Assembly: GCA_963718845.1 (NCBI GenBank)
Contig: CAVRAD010000013.1
Location: forward strand, 9,893-73,892
Reading direction: 5' to 3'
From: an uncultured Acidobacteriota bacterium
GTDB lineage: Bacteria > Acidobacteriota > UBA6911
DNA length: 64,000 nt
Shown here one piece after another: positions 37,256-47,742 of this stretch. A program made the position numbers and the translations under genes. Position 1 is the stretch's first letter; every line of letters starts with the position of its first letter. The notes under the pieces were generated by a model. The model saw only the letters and a list, made by a program, of their open reading frames with translations, was not told the DNA's origin and did no database searches.

Positions 37256-38842
37256 ATGGCCCAAGAGCAAGTGACGGCGGCGGAATACAATTTTTCCAAA
37301 AAGCAAATAACCTGGGCAATGGTAGCTATTTTTGCCGTCTACGGCACGATGGCCTATTTCATACAAACGCTGACCATCGCCAGACCCAAAATGGCGGCCG
37401 ATCTGGATGGCATGTCACTCTACTCCTGGTCTGTCTCCATTCCGAGCTTGTTCAGCGCTATTGTAACTTTGATATTCGGAAAGCTCTCGGACATTTATGG
37501 GCGCAGGATCATGCTGCTACTATCGGTGATCCTCTGCCTGGTAGGCACTATCCTCAGCGCGATCAGCCCCAATTTTATATTCCTGATCGTTGCCGGCGTG
37601 ATCAGTGCCATAGGCACGGGCGCCATGATGCCGCTGGTTTTCGCAGTGGTCGGCGACGTCTTTCCGCCGTCGCAACGCAGCAAATGGATCGGCCTGCTTA
37701 ACATACCTATTGGCCTTTTCTCGTTGATCGGACCCACGCTGGGCGGATGGTTTGTGGACAATTTGAATTGGCGCTATCTCTTCTGGATTTCGCTGCCGCT
37801 CCTGGTGGTATGTCTGGTCACGGTTCCGATCGGCGTGCCTTCTTTGATCCAGCGGGGTGTCAGTCGGAAAATTGATTTCATGGGGTGTTTCCTGGTCGCG
37901 GTTGCCTCCGCAACTATGATCATCGGGCTTTCATTTGTAGACACCTACGCCTGGGCATCGATCCAGGTAATCAGCCTGCTCGGCGTCTCGCTACTTTTTT
38001 GGGTTTTGTTTTTTAAATTTGAAAGCGGGACGGAGGAGCCGGTCCTGGATCCTCTGGTTTTCCGCAATCGTTCCTTTCTGACCATTGCTACCGCCACCAT
38101 CCTGTCCTTCTTCGGGCAAATGGCAATGATGATGTACTTCCCGATGTTCCTCCAGGGAGTCCAGGGAATCAGCACAACGCGCAGCGGCCAGATCATCACA
38201 CCTTACAATGTGCTCATGGCTTTTGTCGGCGTGCCCGTAGGATTCATACTTGCCCGGTCCAAGCGGTACAAATGGATGTATATCCTGGGCCTCGGCATCC
38301 TCACGGTTGACATGTTTGCGGTCATCTTCTTCACCGCACAAACTCCTATTGTATTCAGCGTACTTGCATGCACGCTTGCGGGCCTGGGATTAGGGGCCGT
38401 GCCGACTGTAAATACAATGGTCATCCAGAATGTCATTCCCAAAAGACTGCTGGGCGCCTCCATGGGCGCCATCTTCTTTTGTATTTTGATGAGCGTCGCG
38501 ATTTCGCCTGCCGTCCTTGGCCCTGCTATGAATGTAACCTATGAGAAGGCGCTTACTGCCTCGCTGCCAAACGAATTGCAGGGATTGGCCGACGGTGCGA
38601 TGATGGCAGCCATCCGGAACCAGCGCGTGCTGCTGTCCGATGACTCAATGACAGAGCTAAAAGCAAGATTTGACAAAATGGGTCCGGAGGGGCAGGTGCT
38701 GTTTCCTAAAACGGTTGCTGCCATCCGCAATTCGCTGGAAGCGGCATTGCGAAGTGTCTTCTGGATTGGTGCGATCACCATGCTGCTTGCTTTTCTGTTG
38801 ATCAGCACAATTCCGGAAGTGTCACTGGATAATCAAAGTTAG
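37256..38842 (+). CDS. MFS transporter, DHA2/EmrB-like (14 TM)
   Basis: ATG 37256 follows GAGGAGAAG. MFS motif GKLSDIYGRR. About 14 hydrophobic segments. Confidence 0.85.
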   Translation: MAQEQVTAAEYNFSKKQITWAMVAIFAVYGTMAYFIQTLTIARPKMAADLDGMSLYSWSVSIPSLFSAIVTLIFGKLSDIYGRRIMLLLSVILCLVGTILSAISPNFIFLIVAGVISAIGTGAMMPLVFAVVGDVFPPSQRSKWIGLLNIPIGLFSLIGPTLGGWFVDNLNWRYLFWISLPLLVVCLVTVPIGVPSLIQRGVSRKIDFMGCFLVAVASATMIIGLSFVDTYAWASIQVISLLGVSLLFWVLFFKFESGTEEPVLDPLVFRNRSFLTIATATILSFFGQMAMMMYFPMFLQGVQGISTTRSGQIITPYNVLMAFVGVPVGFILARSKRYKWMYILGLGILTVDMFAVIFFTAQTPIVFSVLACTLAGLGLGAVPTVNTMVIQNVIPKRLLGASMGAIFFCILMSVAISPAVLGPAMNVTYEKALTASLPNELQGLADGAMMAAIRNQRVLLSDDSMTELKARFDKMGPEGQVLFPKTVAAIRNSLEAALRSVFWIGAITMLLAFLLISTIPEVSLDNQS

Positions 38843-38848
38843 GCGAAG

Positions 38849-38956
38849 CCTTTCGGAGTGCGGCAGCTTGCTGCCGCTTTCAAGAGCATCCTTGAAAAGC
38901 AGGCACATTGGGCTGTTTTCGAAAGCGGCAGCGAACAGCCGCACATCTCCGAAAGG
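38849..38956. repeat. REP-like element: two inverted copies of a hairpin-containing unit
   Basis: Arm 1 (38849-38880) is cctttcggagtgcggcagcttgctgccgcttt. Arm 2 (38921-38956) is gaaagcggcagcgaacagccgcacatctccgaaagg and is degenerate. The same unit occurs at 61009-61132. Confidence 0.85.
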
Positions 38957-39043
38957 CGCCCTCTGGGCGCGGTCTTGTAGAAAAACTGGACGGCATGAGG
39001 CGAGCGGGAAAAATCGACCCCGAAAACGATAATTACCAAACAA

Positions 39044-40576
39044 CTACGGCATACTCGAATATTCCAGTTCCTCCAGAGTCTCCCAGACATGCCGTTCTTC
39101 TTCATACACAGCTTTTTCCACTCGGCTATTGCTGTCGAAAATCATCGATGCCCTGCCCTCGCAGTACTGCGGCCAATCGCCCAGGCTCTTGCAGCCCGGA
39201 TTGCCGGCGCGCGCAAAACTCAGCCAGGCATCCTGCATTTCCCGCGAGAGTTTATCTGCGGCAGGACCGCTCCCGCAGAATGTAGCGTTATAATTGCCGA
39301 AGACAAACCCGACCTCGAGGGCATGGCAGGCGCCGAGGCGTCCTCCTGCCGCCGGCGATTTCCAGCAGAATAGATAGTTGTACCCGCCCGCTGCATGCTT
39401 GCATTGGGCCTCCGCGATGCGTATCGCGGTTTTGCGAAACATCACGTCGGTACTCAGTGCCGAGTATACTTCGAAAGGCGTCACCGGTTCTCCGCGCGAC
39501 GCTTTCGCTTTTCGATAGACATCGACCAGTTCGGCAGCATCTCCGGCGGCGACAAATTTTGCGGCAGCCTTGCGCAGACCTTCCTCGTCTATCTTGTAGA
39601 CTTTGGGATTCATCATGGCAAAGAGCTTGTCTTCTTCAAGATTAGATCCGACAAGAGTCGGAACTCTAAATCCCAGGCCTCTCTCCAGAGATTCCAGCGG
39701 CATCCTTGGCATCACGACACCGTCGGCGACAGGAATTACAGGAGCGCCTCCCTGCCCCATCTTGGCAGCCACGACCACCTGCGCCCGGATCATTTTTTCT
39801 ATGGAGAGGTTCCGAAGCGTGGAGATGTCATGAGGACTCAGATCCAGCGCCTTTAAAAATTCCCCCGCGACTTCCACGGACATACCCAGCGGGCGGGCCA
39901 TTTCTCCCACAGGGCTCTCGAGGATGGCTTTGTGAAAGAGTCCACGCGCTTCAGGCAAATTCAGCAGGCATCCGATGCTCATTGCGCCGGCGGATTCGCC
40001 GAAAACAGTAACGTTGTCAGGATCACCCCCAAATGCCGCGATATTGTCTTTCACCCAGTGCAGCGCGGCGATCTGGTCCTGAAGCCCTTCATTCCCGGTG
40101 GAGGGTATTTTGCCCTGGGTCAGCTCTTTCAAATTCAGAAAACCCAGGGCTCCCAGCCGATAATTGATGGTAACCAGCACAACGTTGCCGTTGGCAGCCA
40201 ACGTGCCGGTGCTGTACATCTGCATGGAACCGGATCCCATGCAGAAAGCGCCGCCGTGGATCCAGACCATCACGGGACGGCGCGCGTCATCCAAACCGGG
40301 AGAGAAGACATTCAGGAACAGACAGTCCTCGCTTTGCCGCTCAGGCTTTTCCACCAGACCCGGCAACGCCATCACGTTTTGCGGAGCGATCGCTCCATAT
40401 TTTTTCGCCGGTCTGACGCCTTGCCAGGATTTGAAGGGTTGCGGGGGCAACCATCGTAGTTCTCCGACCGGAGGAGCGGCGTACGGCACGCCTTTAAATA
40501 CATTGAGATTCTCCTCGAAAACACCTTCCAGCTCGCCGCATTGCGTTTTAACGATCAGTCTTCTCTGAGTACTCAT
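39044..40576 (-). CDS. Carboxylesterase type B family
   Basis: Motifs VMVWIHGGAF, nucleophile elbow FGESAGA and EDCLFLNV. 510 aa. Confidence 0.9.
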   Translation of the reverse strand: MSTQRRLIVKTQCGELEGVFEENLNVFKGVPYAAPPVGELRWLPPQPFKSWQGVRPAKKYGAIAPQNVMALPGLVEKPERQSEDCLFLNVFSPGLDDARRPVMVWIHGGAFCMGSGSMQMYSTGTLAANGNVVLVTINYRLGALGFLNLKELTQGKIPSTGNEGLQDQIAALHWVKDNIAAFGGDPDNVTVFGESAGAMSIGCLLNLPEARGLFHKAILESPVGEMARPLGMSVEVAGEFLKALDLSPHDISTLRNLSIEKMIRAQVVVAAKMGQGGAPVIPVADGVVMPRMPLESLERGLGFRVPTLVGSNLEEDKLFAMMNPKVYKIDEEGLRKAAAKFVAAGDAAELVDVYRKAKASRGEPVTPFEVYSALSTDVMFRKTAIRIAEAQCKHAAGGYNYLFCWKSPAAGGRLGACHALEVGFVFGNYNATFCGSGPAADKLSREMQDAWLSFARAGNPGCKSLGDWPQYCEGRASMIFDSNSRVEKAVYEEERHVWETLEELEYSSMP

Positions 40577-40728
40577 CAGGCATTACTCCTCAGCAACATC
40601 TGCAGTGGATCAATCGAGCGCCAGCGTCTCGCCTAATGCCGCATAGTTTTCGCGCCCTCAGGGCGCTTTCGGAAATTTCAATCGTGGGTCCGCCTCTAAA
40701 GCCCGGACCCACTCGAGAAATACACATC

Positions 40729-43060
40729 TCATTCAGATATGCCGAGAATGGATCTCTCTATCAACGTCTTCGCAATATCTACTTTGTATTGATTCATAGT
40801 GAGCGGCAGCACCGCCGCCAGCGCCGCCCGTGCTGCCTCAGCCGCGCTTTTTTCATTGATGGATTTCCCTTTTAGAACGAGCTCTGCTTCTCTGGCCCTC
40901 ACGGGCGCCGGGGCAACGGCCCCCAGAGCGATGCGGGCATCGGAACAGACGCCATTTTTTGCGGTAATGATCGAAGCTACGCTCACAACGGCGAAATCGA
41001 TTGGCTTCCTCAACGTAAACTTCAAGTAGTGCTGCCGCGCGCCTCTCGGAGGCTTGGGAATCCGAACCTCCTTAATCAGCTCATCCGGTTCAAGAACGGT
41101 AGAGCACGATGCGGTAGCAGCGAAGAAAGCTTGGGCAGGAAGGGTTCGCTTGGTGGTCACAATGCTTGCATCCAGGACCACCAACGCTATCGCAATATCC
41201 GACGGGGCGACTGCAAGACATCCGCAACTCACACAGCGGAACGCTTCCTTCTGGATTTCGCTGTCGCTGAGTCCAGCCACATCCTCGACAAAAATGCTAT
41301 GGACGCGCTCGGCCGCCGGTATCTCCCGGACTTGTGTCCGGGGGATTTCATCAAAATGAGACTCAGGATATTGCGCTTGCGCGCTTTCGTTTGCAGACTC
41401 CGGTTTTGCCGTGCCGAGAAACGCCTCGATTGCACTTACGGCTTCCTTAGCGGAAACCACGGCCTGAATCACCGTAGACGAGCCTTCCACCATGTCCCCG
41501 CCAATAAATACGCTGCCTCCCTGAATAAAAAGCGTATCTTCGGCAGTCTGCCCGATTGCGACAATCACGCTCTCGCCCCGCAAACTCGATGATTCCGCCC
41601 CATCCTCGTATATGGGATTAAATCTGCCATCAGGTCCACGCACGGAAGTGCACTTCCTGGACACTATGCCGACAGCCGCACCATTCGCCGTTTTTATTTC
41701 TCTTATTCCCAGCGATGGATGAATGACGATTCCCTCTTCCTCGGCTTCCAGGATTTCCTGATCGAGAGCCGAGCATCCTGTCTTTCGAAGCAAGGTCTCG
41801 AGTCTCAAGGCATACGACGAGGACCTCACTCGCGCCAGTTCTTCTGGCGGTCCGCGCCGCATCGATTGCGACACTTCCTCCGCCAATCACAATCACTCTT
41901 TTGCCGAGAGATATCTTCTCGCCGAAATTAATCCTCTTGAGATAATCCAGCGCTGAATAAACACCCCGGGCATCTTCACCGGGAACACCCAGCCTCAGAC
42001 TTTTCCAGGTCCCGCCTGCAACGAAAACTGCGTCAGAACCGGTCTTGATACTTGCGGCCAGGCCGCTGTCCATAGTCACTGCGGTTTCAAATTGAATGCC
42101 CATGCTCTTTAGCGCCCGGATCTGCTTTCCTACAACTTCTTTGGGCAGGCGATACGAAGGGATGCTATACCGCAGCATGCCGCCCGGCTCCGGCAGCTTT
42201 TCATATACGGTGACCTGATGGCCGCTTTTTCTGAGATAGTATGCCGCGGCCAGCCCCGCAGGTCCGGAGCCGACAATGGAGACTCTTTTGCCCGATCCGG
42301 TTTGAGGTGGAGCGAAATAATCGACCGCGTGGTCAAGAATATAATCGCCTACGCCGCGTTCGATGCTGTGGATTGCGACGGGCTCGTCATATTCGCTGCG
42401 GTTGCAGTGCGGTTCGCAATACACCGGGCAGACTCTTCCGGTAATGGCCGGGAAGGGGTTGTCGCGCAACAGTGTGCGCGCTGCTTCGGAAATATTATTC
42501 TCGCGAACCAGCCTCAGGTATCCGGGGATATCGACATGCGCCGGACAATGGCTGGCACAGCGTCGGTCGGATGCGGGCGCGGCGCCAAAAATGGAGTGAT
42601 AGCGGTTATCGCCGACAAGCGCGCTGCAGGCTTTACCTCCCTTGCGCAGGCAGACCACGGGCCCGCCGATTTGCTGCGGGTACCGGTAATACCAACAGCG
42701 GACATCCTGCGCCAGGTTCCCTCCGAGCGTAGCCACATTTCTGATATTGGGGTTCGCCACTGAAACCGCCGCTTCGGCAAGAAGCGAGTAATCCTGCCTG
42801 ACCGCCGGTGATTTTACGATATCCGCCAGTTTGGCAAGCGCTCCTATCCTCATACCCCTGCCACTGGCTTTAATGTAGCCAAGATTCGAAATCGTTTTGA
42901 TGTTGATCAACGCTTCCGGATACTCAGGTATGCAATGATCCCTCAACTCGCCGATAAGGTCGGTCCCCCCGGCATTGACCCTGGCCCTCCCGTTGTATTT
43001 TGAAAGCAGCGATGCTGCCTGCTTGAGCGTGCGGACATTGTGGTGTTTGAACGTTTTCAT
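40729..43060 (-). pseudogene. Molybdenum hydroxylase FAD-binding subunit (PaoB/CoxM-like) with nested GltD-like NAD(P)H/FeS module, one frameshift
   Basis: ATG 43060 overlaps the upstream stop. Motifs AGGTDLIGEL and NRYHSIFG are followed by GltD-like CPAHVDIPGYL, CPVYCEPHCNR and IVGSGPAGLAAAYYL. The protein then resumes with CLAVAPSDIAIALVVLDA and the CO_deh_flav_C-like end. Deleting the base at 41772 restores ..DRMPALDQEILEAEEEG. Confidence 0.8.
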
Positions 43061-45327
43061 TATGCGGCTCCTTTCGAGCGGGTTTTGAGCACCCGGTCTG
43101 GAGTCACAGGGTATTGATATAACCATGCCCCGATAGCGTTTGAGGCTGCCATCAGCGTTGCGGAAGGCCCCGGAGATGTAGTAATTTCGGCAACTCCCAC
43201 TGCGTGAAAACGATGGCTTGGGAAAGGCGTTTCGAGCACCACGTTTTCAATGACGGGTAATTCTGCGAATGTCCGCCATTTATAGTCGATCAGGTTGGCG
43301 TTGACAATGTGCCCTTTTCGGCGGTCGAGGATCGTCTCTTCGAAAATAGCACTGTCGATACCTGCAGAACCCCAGCAGGCGTTGAGCTGGCCTTCGAGAC
43401 CCAGCGGATCCATGATTTTGCCGACATCGGTGGCATTGACCACCCGCAATAATCTGAGCTTCCCGGTTTCGACGTCTACTTCAATCTCGACAAAAGACAT
43501 AAAGCAGTTGCACATGGTAAAATCGGATTCAAACCGCCCGTAGCCGAGAAGGGTGCGGTCATTGCCCATCACTCGCCATTTAATTCCCTTGTCCGGCTCC
43601 CCTTTTACAAAGATAACTCCGTCGGCTGTATCGAGTTCTTTGGGATCGGCGCCAAGCTTGGGCGCTGCCAACTCCAGCAGCTTTCTTTTGGCATCTTCCG
43701 CCGCATTGATCACTGCGCTTCCGATAGCATACGTGCCTCTGGAACCTACTGGACCAAATTCGTAAGGAGTAACAAGAGTGTCGGCCGGAACCATTTCAAT
43801 ACGGTCCGGCGGGATCTGAAGAACCTCTGCGGCCATTTTGATGTAATTGGATTTCTGGCCGGTCCCGAATTCCGCTACACAGAGAAAAATCGTTGCGGTA
43901 CCGTTATAGCCGAGCTGCACATACGCTTCCGCGGTATCTTCACCGATATCGGCATTCCCATGAACGGCAACTCCGACACCTCGTCGTTTGGGACCGTCGA
44001 CAGCAGTGGGCGTAAGCCAGCCCTTCCATTTGTCTTTCCAGCCGAAAAGCTGGGCACCTTGATCCATGGCCCTGCTAAAATCAATTCCCCTATTTTCATA
44101 GAACTCGCCATCGCGCCAATAATAGCCTCCGCCCGGTTTGACGAAGTTTTTCTTATACACATCGAAGGGATCAAGCCTGGCTTTTTCCATGGCCAAATAT
44201 AAGGTTGGATTGAAGGCGCACTCCAATTCCTGGCCGCCGAATCCCCTGGTTGAACCGGAAGCATTGCGATTGGTAGCGACAACAATATTCTTAAGATCCC
44301 AGTTGGGACACTGGACCATGATCATCAGTTCACCGGCGCCGACCGCCACCTGACATTGCGTCGTGGAGGAATAATAGCCGGTATCAACGTACCAGGTGCC
44401 CTGGATGGCCGTAATGGTTCCATCCTTTTTCATCCCGACCTTCGCTTGGATGCGGGATCCGATACGGAGGGTGAAGTTCGCCATATGCTCTTCTTTGGTA
44501 AACATGATTTTGACGGGACGCAGCGTGGCCCGCGCCAGGATGATGGCGTAGGCCTGAACTTGCCAGCACATGAATTTGGTCCCGAAGCTTCCGCCGACAT
44601 TATGCCCGATGCTTCGGACTTCCAATCCCCGGTTGAATACGTGGAATAGCGTAACCTTGTCCATGTAGGGCGCCTGACTGGTCCCATAAATCGTAGCCCT
44701 GTTGGGCGGCTCCCAAAATGCGACGACGCCTAAGGCTTCAGCCGGGAGAGCATTGGGCATATTTTCGTATCCGAAAGTGCCTTCTGTGATGATGTCGGCT
44801 TCCGCAAATCCCTTTTCGACATCTCCGCGTACGACACCTTGAAGGCAGTTGGGCCCATAGATAGGTGTGCCGCCGGGAATGATATTGCTTTTGAGCTCTT
44901 CATAAAGAAGCGGAGCGTCCGGCTTAAGAGCGGAATCGATATCGAAGACCGCCGGCAGGATTTCGTATTCCACGTCGATCAGGCTTAAGGCCTCTTCGGC
45001 AATCTGCTCCGAAGTTGCGGCTACGAGAGCAACTGCGTCTCCCACGTACCGGACTTTTTTATCGAGCACGCGCACAATGCGCGGAGTGCCGCCCCTCCAG
45101 TCCGGGATGTCTTCCCATGTAACGACCGCTTTAACGCCCGGCAGCGCTTCCGCTCTGCTCTTGTCTATTTTTCTGATGTTGGCGTGCGCATGGGGACTAC
45201 GCAGTACTCTGCCATAGAGCAGGTTCTGGAATTTCAGATCGTCCATAAATTGAGCGGTGCCACTGACAATACCCGAAGCATCCCGTCGCTGTAGAGGCTT
45301 GCCTATGTATCTATACTCGTTGCTCAT
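43060..45327 (-). CDS. Molybdopterin-binding large subunit, xanthine dehydrogenase/aldehyde oxidase family
   Basis: ATG 45327 lies in an ATGA overlap with the upstream stop and has a GGGGGAGG RBS. The N-terminus is YIGKPLQRRDASGIVSGTAQF. ~755 aa. Confidence 0.9.
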   Translation of the reverse strand: MSNEYRYIGKPLQRRDASGIVSGTAQFMDDLKFQNLLYGRVLRSPHAHANIRKIDKSRAEALPGVKAVVTWEDIPDWRGGTPRIVRVLDKKVRYVGDAVALVAATSEQIAEEALSLIDVEYEILPAVFDIDSALKPDAPLLYEELKSNIIPGGTPIYGPNCLQGVVRGDVEKGFAEADIITEGTFGYENMPNALPAEALGVVAFWEPPNRATIYGTSQAPYMDKVTLFHVFNRGLEVRSIGHNVGGSFGTKFMCWQVQAYAIILARATLRPVKIMFTKEEHMANFTLRIGSRIQAKVGMKKDGTITAIQGTWYVDTGYYSSTTQCQVAVGAGELMIMVQCPNWDLKNIVVATNRNASGSTRGFGGQELECAFNPTLYLAMEKARLDPFDVYKKNFVKPGGGYYWRDGEFYENRGIDFSRAMDQGAQLFGWKDKWKGWLTPTAVDGPKRRGVGVAVHGNADIGEDTAEAYVQLGYNGTATIFLCVAEFGTGQKSNYIKMAAEVLQIPPDRIEMVPADTLVTPYEFGPVGSRGTYAIGSAVINAAEDAKRKLLELAAPKLGADPKELDTADGVIFVKGEPDKGIKWRVMGNDRTLLGYGRFESDFTMCNCFMSFVEIEVDVETGKLRLLRVVNATDVGKIMDPLGLEGQLNACWGSAGIDSAIFEETILDRRKGHIVNANLIDYKWRTFAELPVIENVVLETPFPSHRFHAVGVAEITTSPGPSATLMAASNAIGAWLYQYPVTPDRVLKTRSKGAA

Positions 45328-45833
45328 AAAGCTACCTCCCCCCTCTCTGCGACGGATCGGACAGCCCTCAACACGTGGTAGTGGCTGACGCACCGACAAA
45401 AATTGCCCGAAAGGGCTTCCTTGATTTCCTCCTCCGTAGGATGAGGATTTTCATTGAGAAGGGCCTTAGAAGTCATGATTATTCCGGGAGTGCAAAAGCC
45501 GCATTGAAAAGCGGAGTGCTTGATAAAAGCCTGCTGCAGCGGATCAAGCTCGCCGGTTTTCGGATCTCTCAATCCCTCGATGGTCGTGATGTTTTTGCCA
45601 TCGCATTCAATTGTGAGAATTTTGCAGGAATTGATTGCCTTGCCATCCATAATGACGGTACAAGCGCCGCAGGCTCCTTGGCCGCAGGCGGCCTTGGTAC
45701 CCGTCAACCCCAGAGTTTCTCTCAGCGTGTGGACTAGAGAGTGCGCGGGATCCAACTGTCCCGGCTTTTTCCCCACATCGAGTTCATGCACCTGCCCATT
45801 AACAGTCAAACTGATTGATTTTGTCGTTGCCAT
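45324..45833 (-). CDS. [2Fe-2S]-binding small subunit of molybdenum hydroxylase
   Basis: Motifs CGQGACGACTV and FQCGFCTPG. 169 aa. Confidence 0.9.
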   Translation of the reverse strand: MATTKSISLTVNGQVHELDVGKKPGQLDPAHSLVHTLRETLGLTGTKAACGQGACGACTVIMDGKAINSCKILTIECDGKNITTIEGLRDPKTGELDPLQQAFIKHSAFQCGFCTPGIIMTSKALLNENPHPTEEEIKEALSGNFCRCVSHYHVLRAVRSVAERGEVAL

Positions 45834-45967
45834 TTCTCTTACCCATTTTTTTCACTCTAAACACAGACTCGAAATCGCAAAATTATAACCTCGAGCACAC
45901 TGCCGGTTGCTGCGGGAATCCATGATACATTGCATCATTTATGGCGAACAGGAAAAACACACTTGTG

Positions 45968-46036
45968 CGGTACCTGGTTATACTGTCCCTACCCATATTT
46001 CCGGGGAGGGACAGTATAACCAGGTACCGATTTTTT
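45968..46036. repeat. Perfect 23-bp inverted repeat with 16-nt spacer followed by T6
   Basis: cggtacctggttatactgtccct (45968-45990) pairs with agggacagtataaccaggtaccg (46007-46029), followed by attttttaa. It lies ~135 nt upstream of the Mo-hydroxylase operon start. Confidence 0.8.
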
Positions 46037-46322
46037 AATTGACTGCTTTCCAATTCGGCTTCCAAAATAGTAATTCATTTTTGAATCCAGTCGATTATAA
46101 GCTTTGGAACTCACAGCATTTTACGAGTGGTAGAGAGGCTTTTGGGAGATAGTTTAAAAGGGAGTCCTTTTCGCGGGAACAGAATGCAGCCGCCAGCGCC
46201 AAGTGCACACACTTGCAGGGACACGGCATAAAGTCTATAGATAATTCTATAGCTTTTTTGTAACCGGGGTCCCGATCATCAGCATCGCTGCCATTTGGTT
46301 CAAGGTGAAAGGAGAGGCAATC

Positions 46323-46553
46323 ATGGGAATTCTTACTGCAAGGCAAGAAAAGTTGTTAGTTCTGTTCAAAGCCGCCGTCCAAAGCGAAAAGGATGCACAG
46401 AGGGATTACAGCACGATGCTGTCTTTCAGTGACGATCCGGTGATCAAGGGCGTTATCGAGGGTCTTCTAAGCGAGGAGAAGCAACATGAATTGAAACTTC
46501 TCAAAATCTACAATGATCTGCGGACAACCGGGGAATTCAAAGACGCCACCTAA
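46323..46553 (+). CDS. Small ferritin/rubrerythrin-like helical protein
   Basis: ATG 46323 follows AAAGGAGAGG. Helical repeats AVQSEKDAQRDY and LLSEEKQHELKL. 76 aa. Confidence 0.5.
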   Translation: MGILTARQEKLLVLFKAAVQSEKDAQRDYSTMLSFSDDPVIKGVIEGLLSEEKQHELKLLKIYNDLRTTGEFKDAT

Positions 46554-46833
46554 CCGGGCGTGACGTCCATCAGTCGGCCGCCAGTCGGGTGTATAAAGAT
46601 TTTTTTCCAAAATACTGCTCTCCGGCCGAAATTCTTTAAATAAAACCACTCCTCATCAATGCATGGCAGTTGCTGCCGCTGGAGCGCCGGAACAGGTCTG
46701 AGCCATTGAGGATCTGCGCTAACTCCCAGTCACATTCTGAGAAGTAATCGGGCAAGAGCAAATTGGTGGGTGAATAATTAGGATGTAGATTATCGATATT
46801 CTTCCTTTATTTGGCGTACGGGGAACCAGGGAT

Positions 46834-47742
46834 TCACTTCTTAGGGGGGGGTGCCGCGGCCTCGGCAGCGGCGGCGGCGCCAGCCTGCATTTCCTGCTGC
46901 TGCTGCAGTGCCTGCCTTGCCTGCTCCTGCTGCGCCATCGCTCTTAGCTGCTCCTGTTGCGCTGCCCATTGTGCCCGCTGCCGCTCATCTGCCAGCTCTT
47001 GATTCCGCTGGTCCATCATCCATTGTATACGAAACAGATCTGAGTAAAAGCTCATGTTGTAATTGAAATTGCGCAACCATCCCTGGGATATGGGCTTCCA
47101 GTGCACTTGTTCAGCGGTGCCAAAATTGGCGAGGAAAGGTCCCATGATCTTTGCGCAGCCCATTTGTGCAACGCATCGGTCGCATTTGCATCAAATTTTG
47201 CCGATGCCGGATCACCATCCAGGCGAACCATTCTCTCGCTTTTTATTGTGGCTTTCCTTTTTCCATTCGCCACCACTGCTTCTCCGCCATATACTCGAAG
47301 CTCGCTAGAAGCGGCGTCGAGCCGGTAGAGGCCGGCTTTCTTAATCTCTACAAAGCCCGTCGAAAGGCGCACCTTGATCCGACCTCTTGTCTTTTCTACG
47401 ACTTCGACCAATGCGGAGCCGCGTTCCAATACAAACTGCATGTCGTCGAGCCGGTTCTGTTCCATCCGCAGCGAACCATCTCTGCCCAGCCTTAGATAGT
47501 CCGAGTTCAGGACCAGCTCCAGGCGGCCGTGCCTGGTACTCAAACGCTGGCCGTTTTCCAGCTGAATATAGCTGCCTCGGGGAAGCCGCAGCAGATTGCC
47601 ATCCAAAAACACCTCTCCCTGGATGTGTTGCAGGATTCCGGCTTTTGCACCCAAGAACTGCTGAGCTTGAACGCTGTCGGTAAAAACAAGCACAATAAGA
47701 ATTATTGCTGCAGATGCGGCATTCTTAATAGGATCGTTTCAC
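46834..47742 (-). pseudogene. FecR-domain exported protein with Gln/Ala-rich tail, two frame disruptions
   Basis: GTG 47742 gives MKRSY, then one extra T (47722-47730) precedes KNAASAAIILIVLVFTDSVQA. The FecR-like core is GEVFLDG..LRLGRDGSL. A second shift near 47140-47165 joins ALHKWAAQR to MGPFLANFGTAEQ. Confidence 0.6.

Noticed and set aside
40652-40712. Two small GC hairpins (gcgccc tca gggcgc, and gtgggtccg...cggacccac) after the FAD-subunit gene, considered as terminators.
   Set aside because: The stems are short, and no convincing T-run follows on the coding (minus) strand, so the call is not strong enough.
45876-45890. A GG-N10-GC element (aGGTTATaattTTGCg on the minus strand) ~55 nt upstream of the Mo-hydroxylase operon, considered as a sigma-54 promoter.
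   Set aside because: The -24 box lacks the conserved CAC, and no activator gene is adjacent. The match is too weak to report as a feature.
46811-47002. An Ala/Cys-rich 63-aa ORF on the plus strand.
   Set aside because: It is the mirror image of the Gln/Ala-rich tail (CAG/GCN repeats) of the FecR-like gene on the minus strand. It is low complexity, not a gene.
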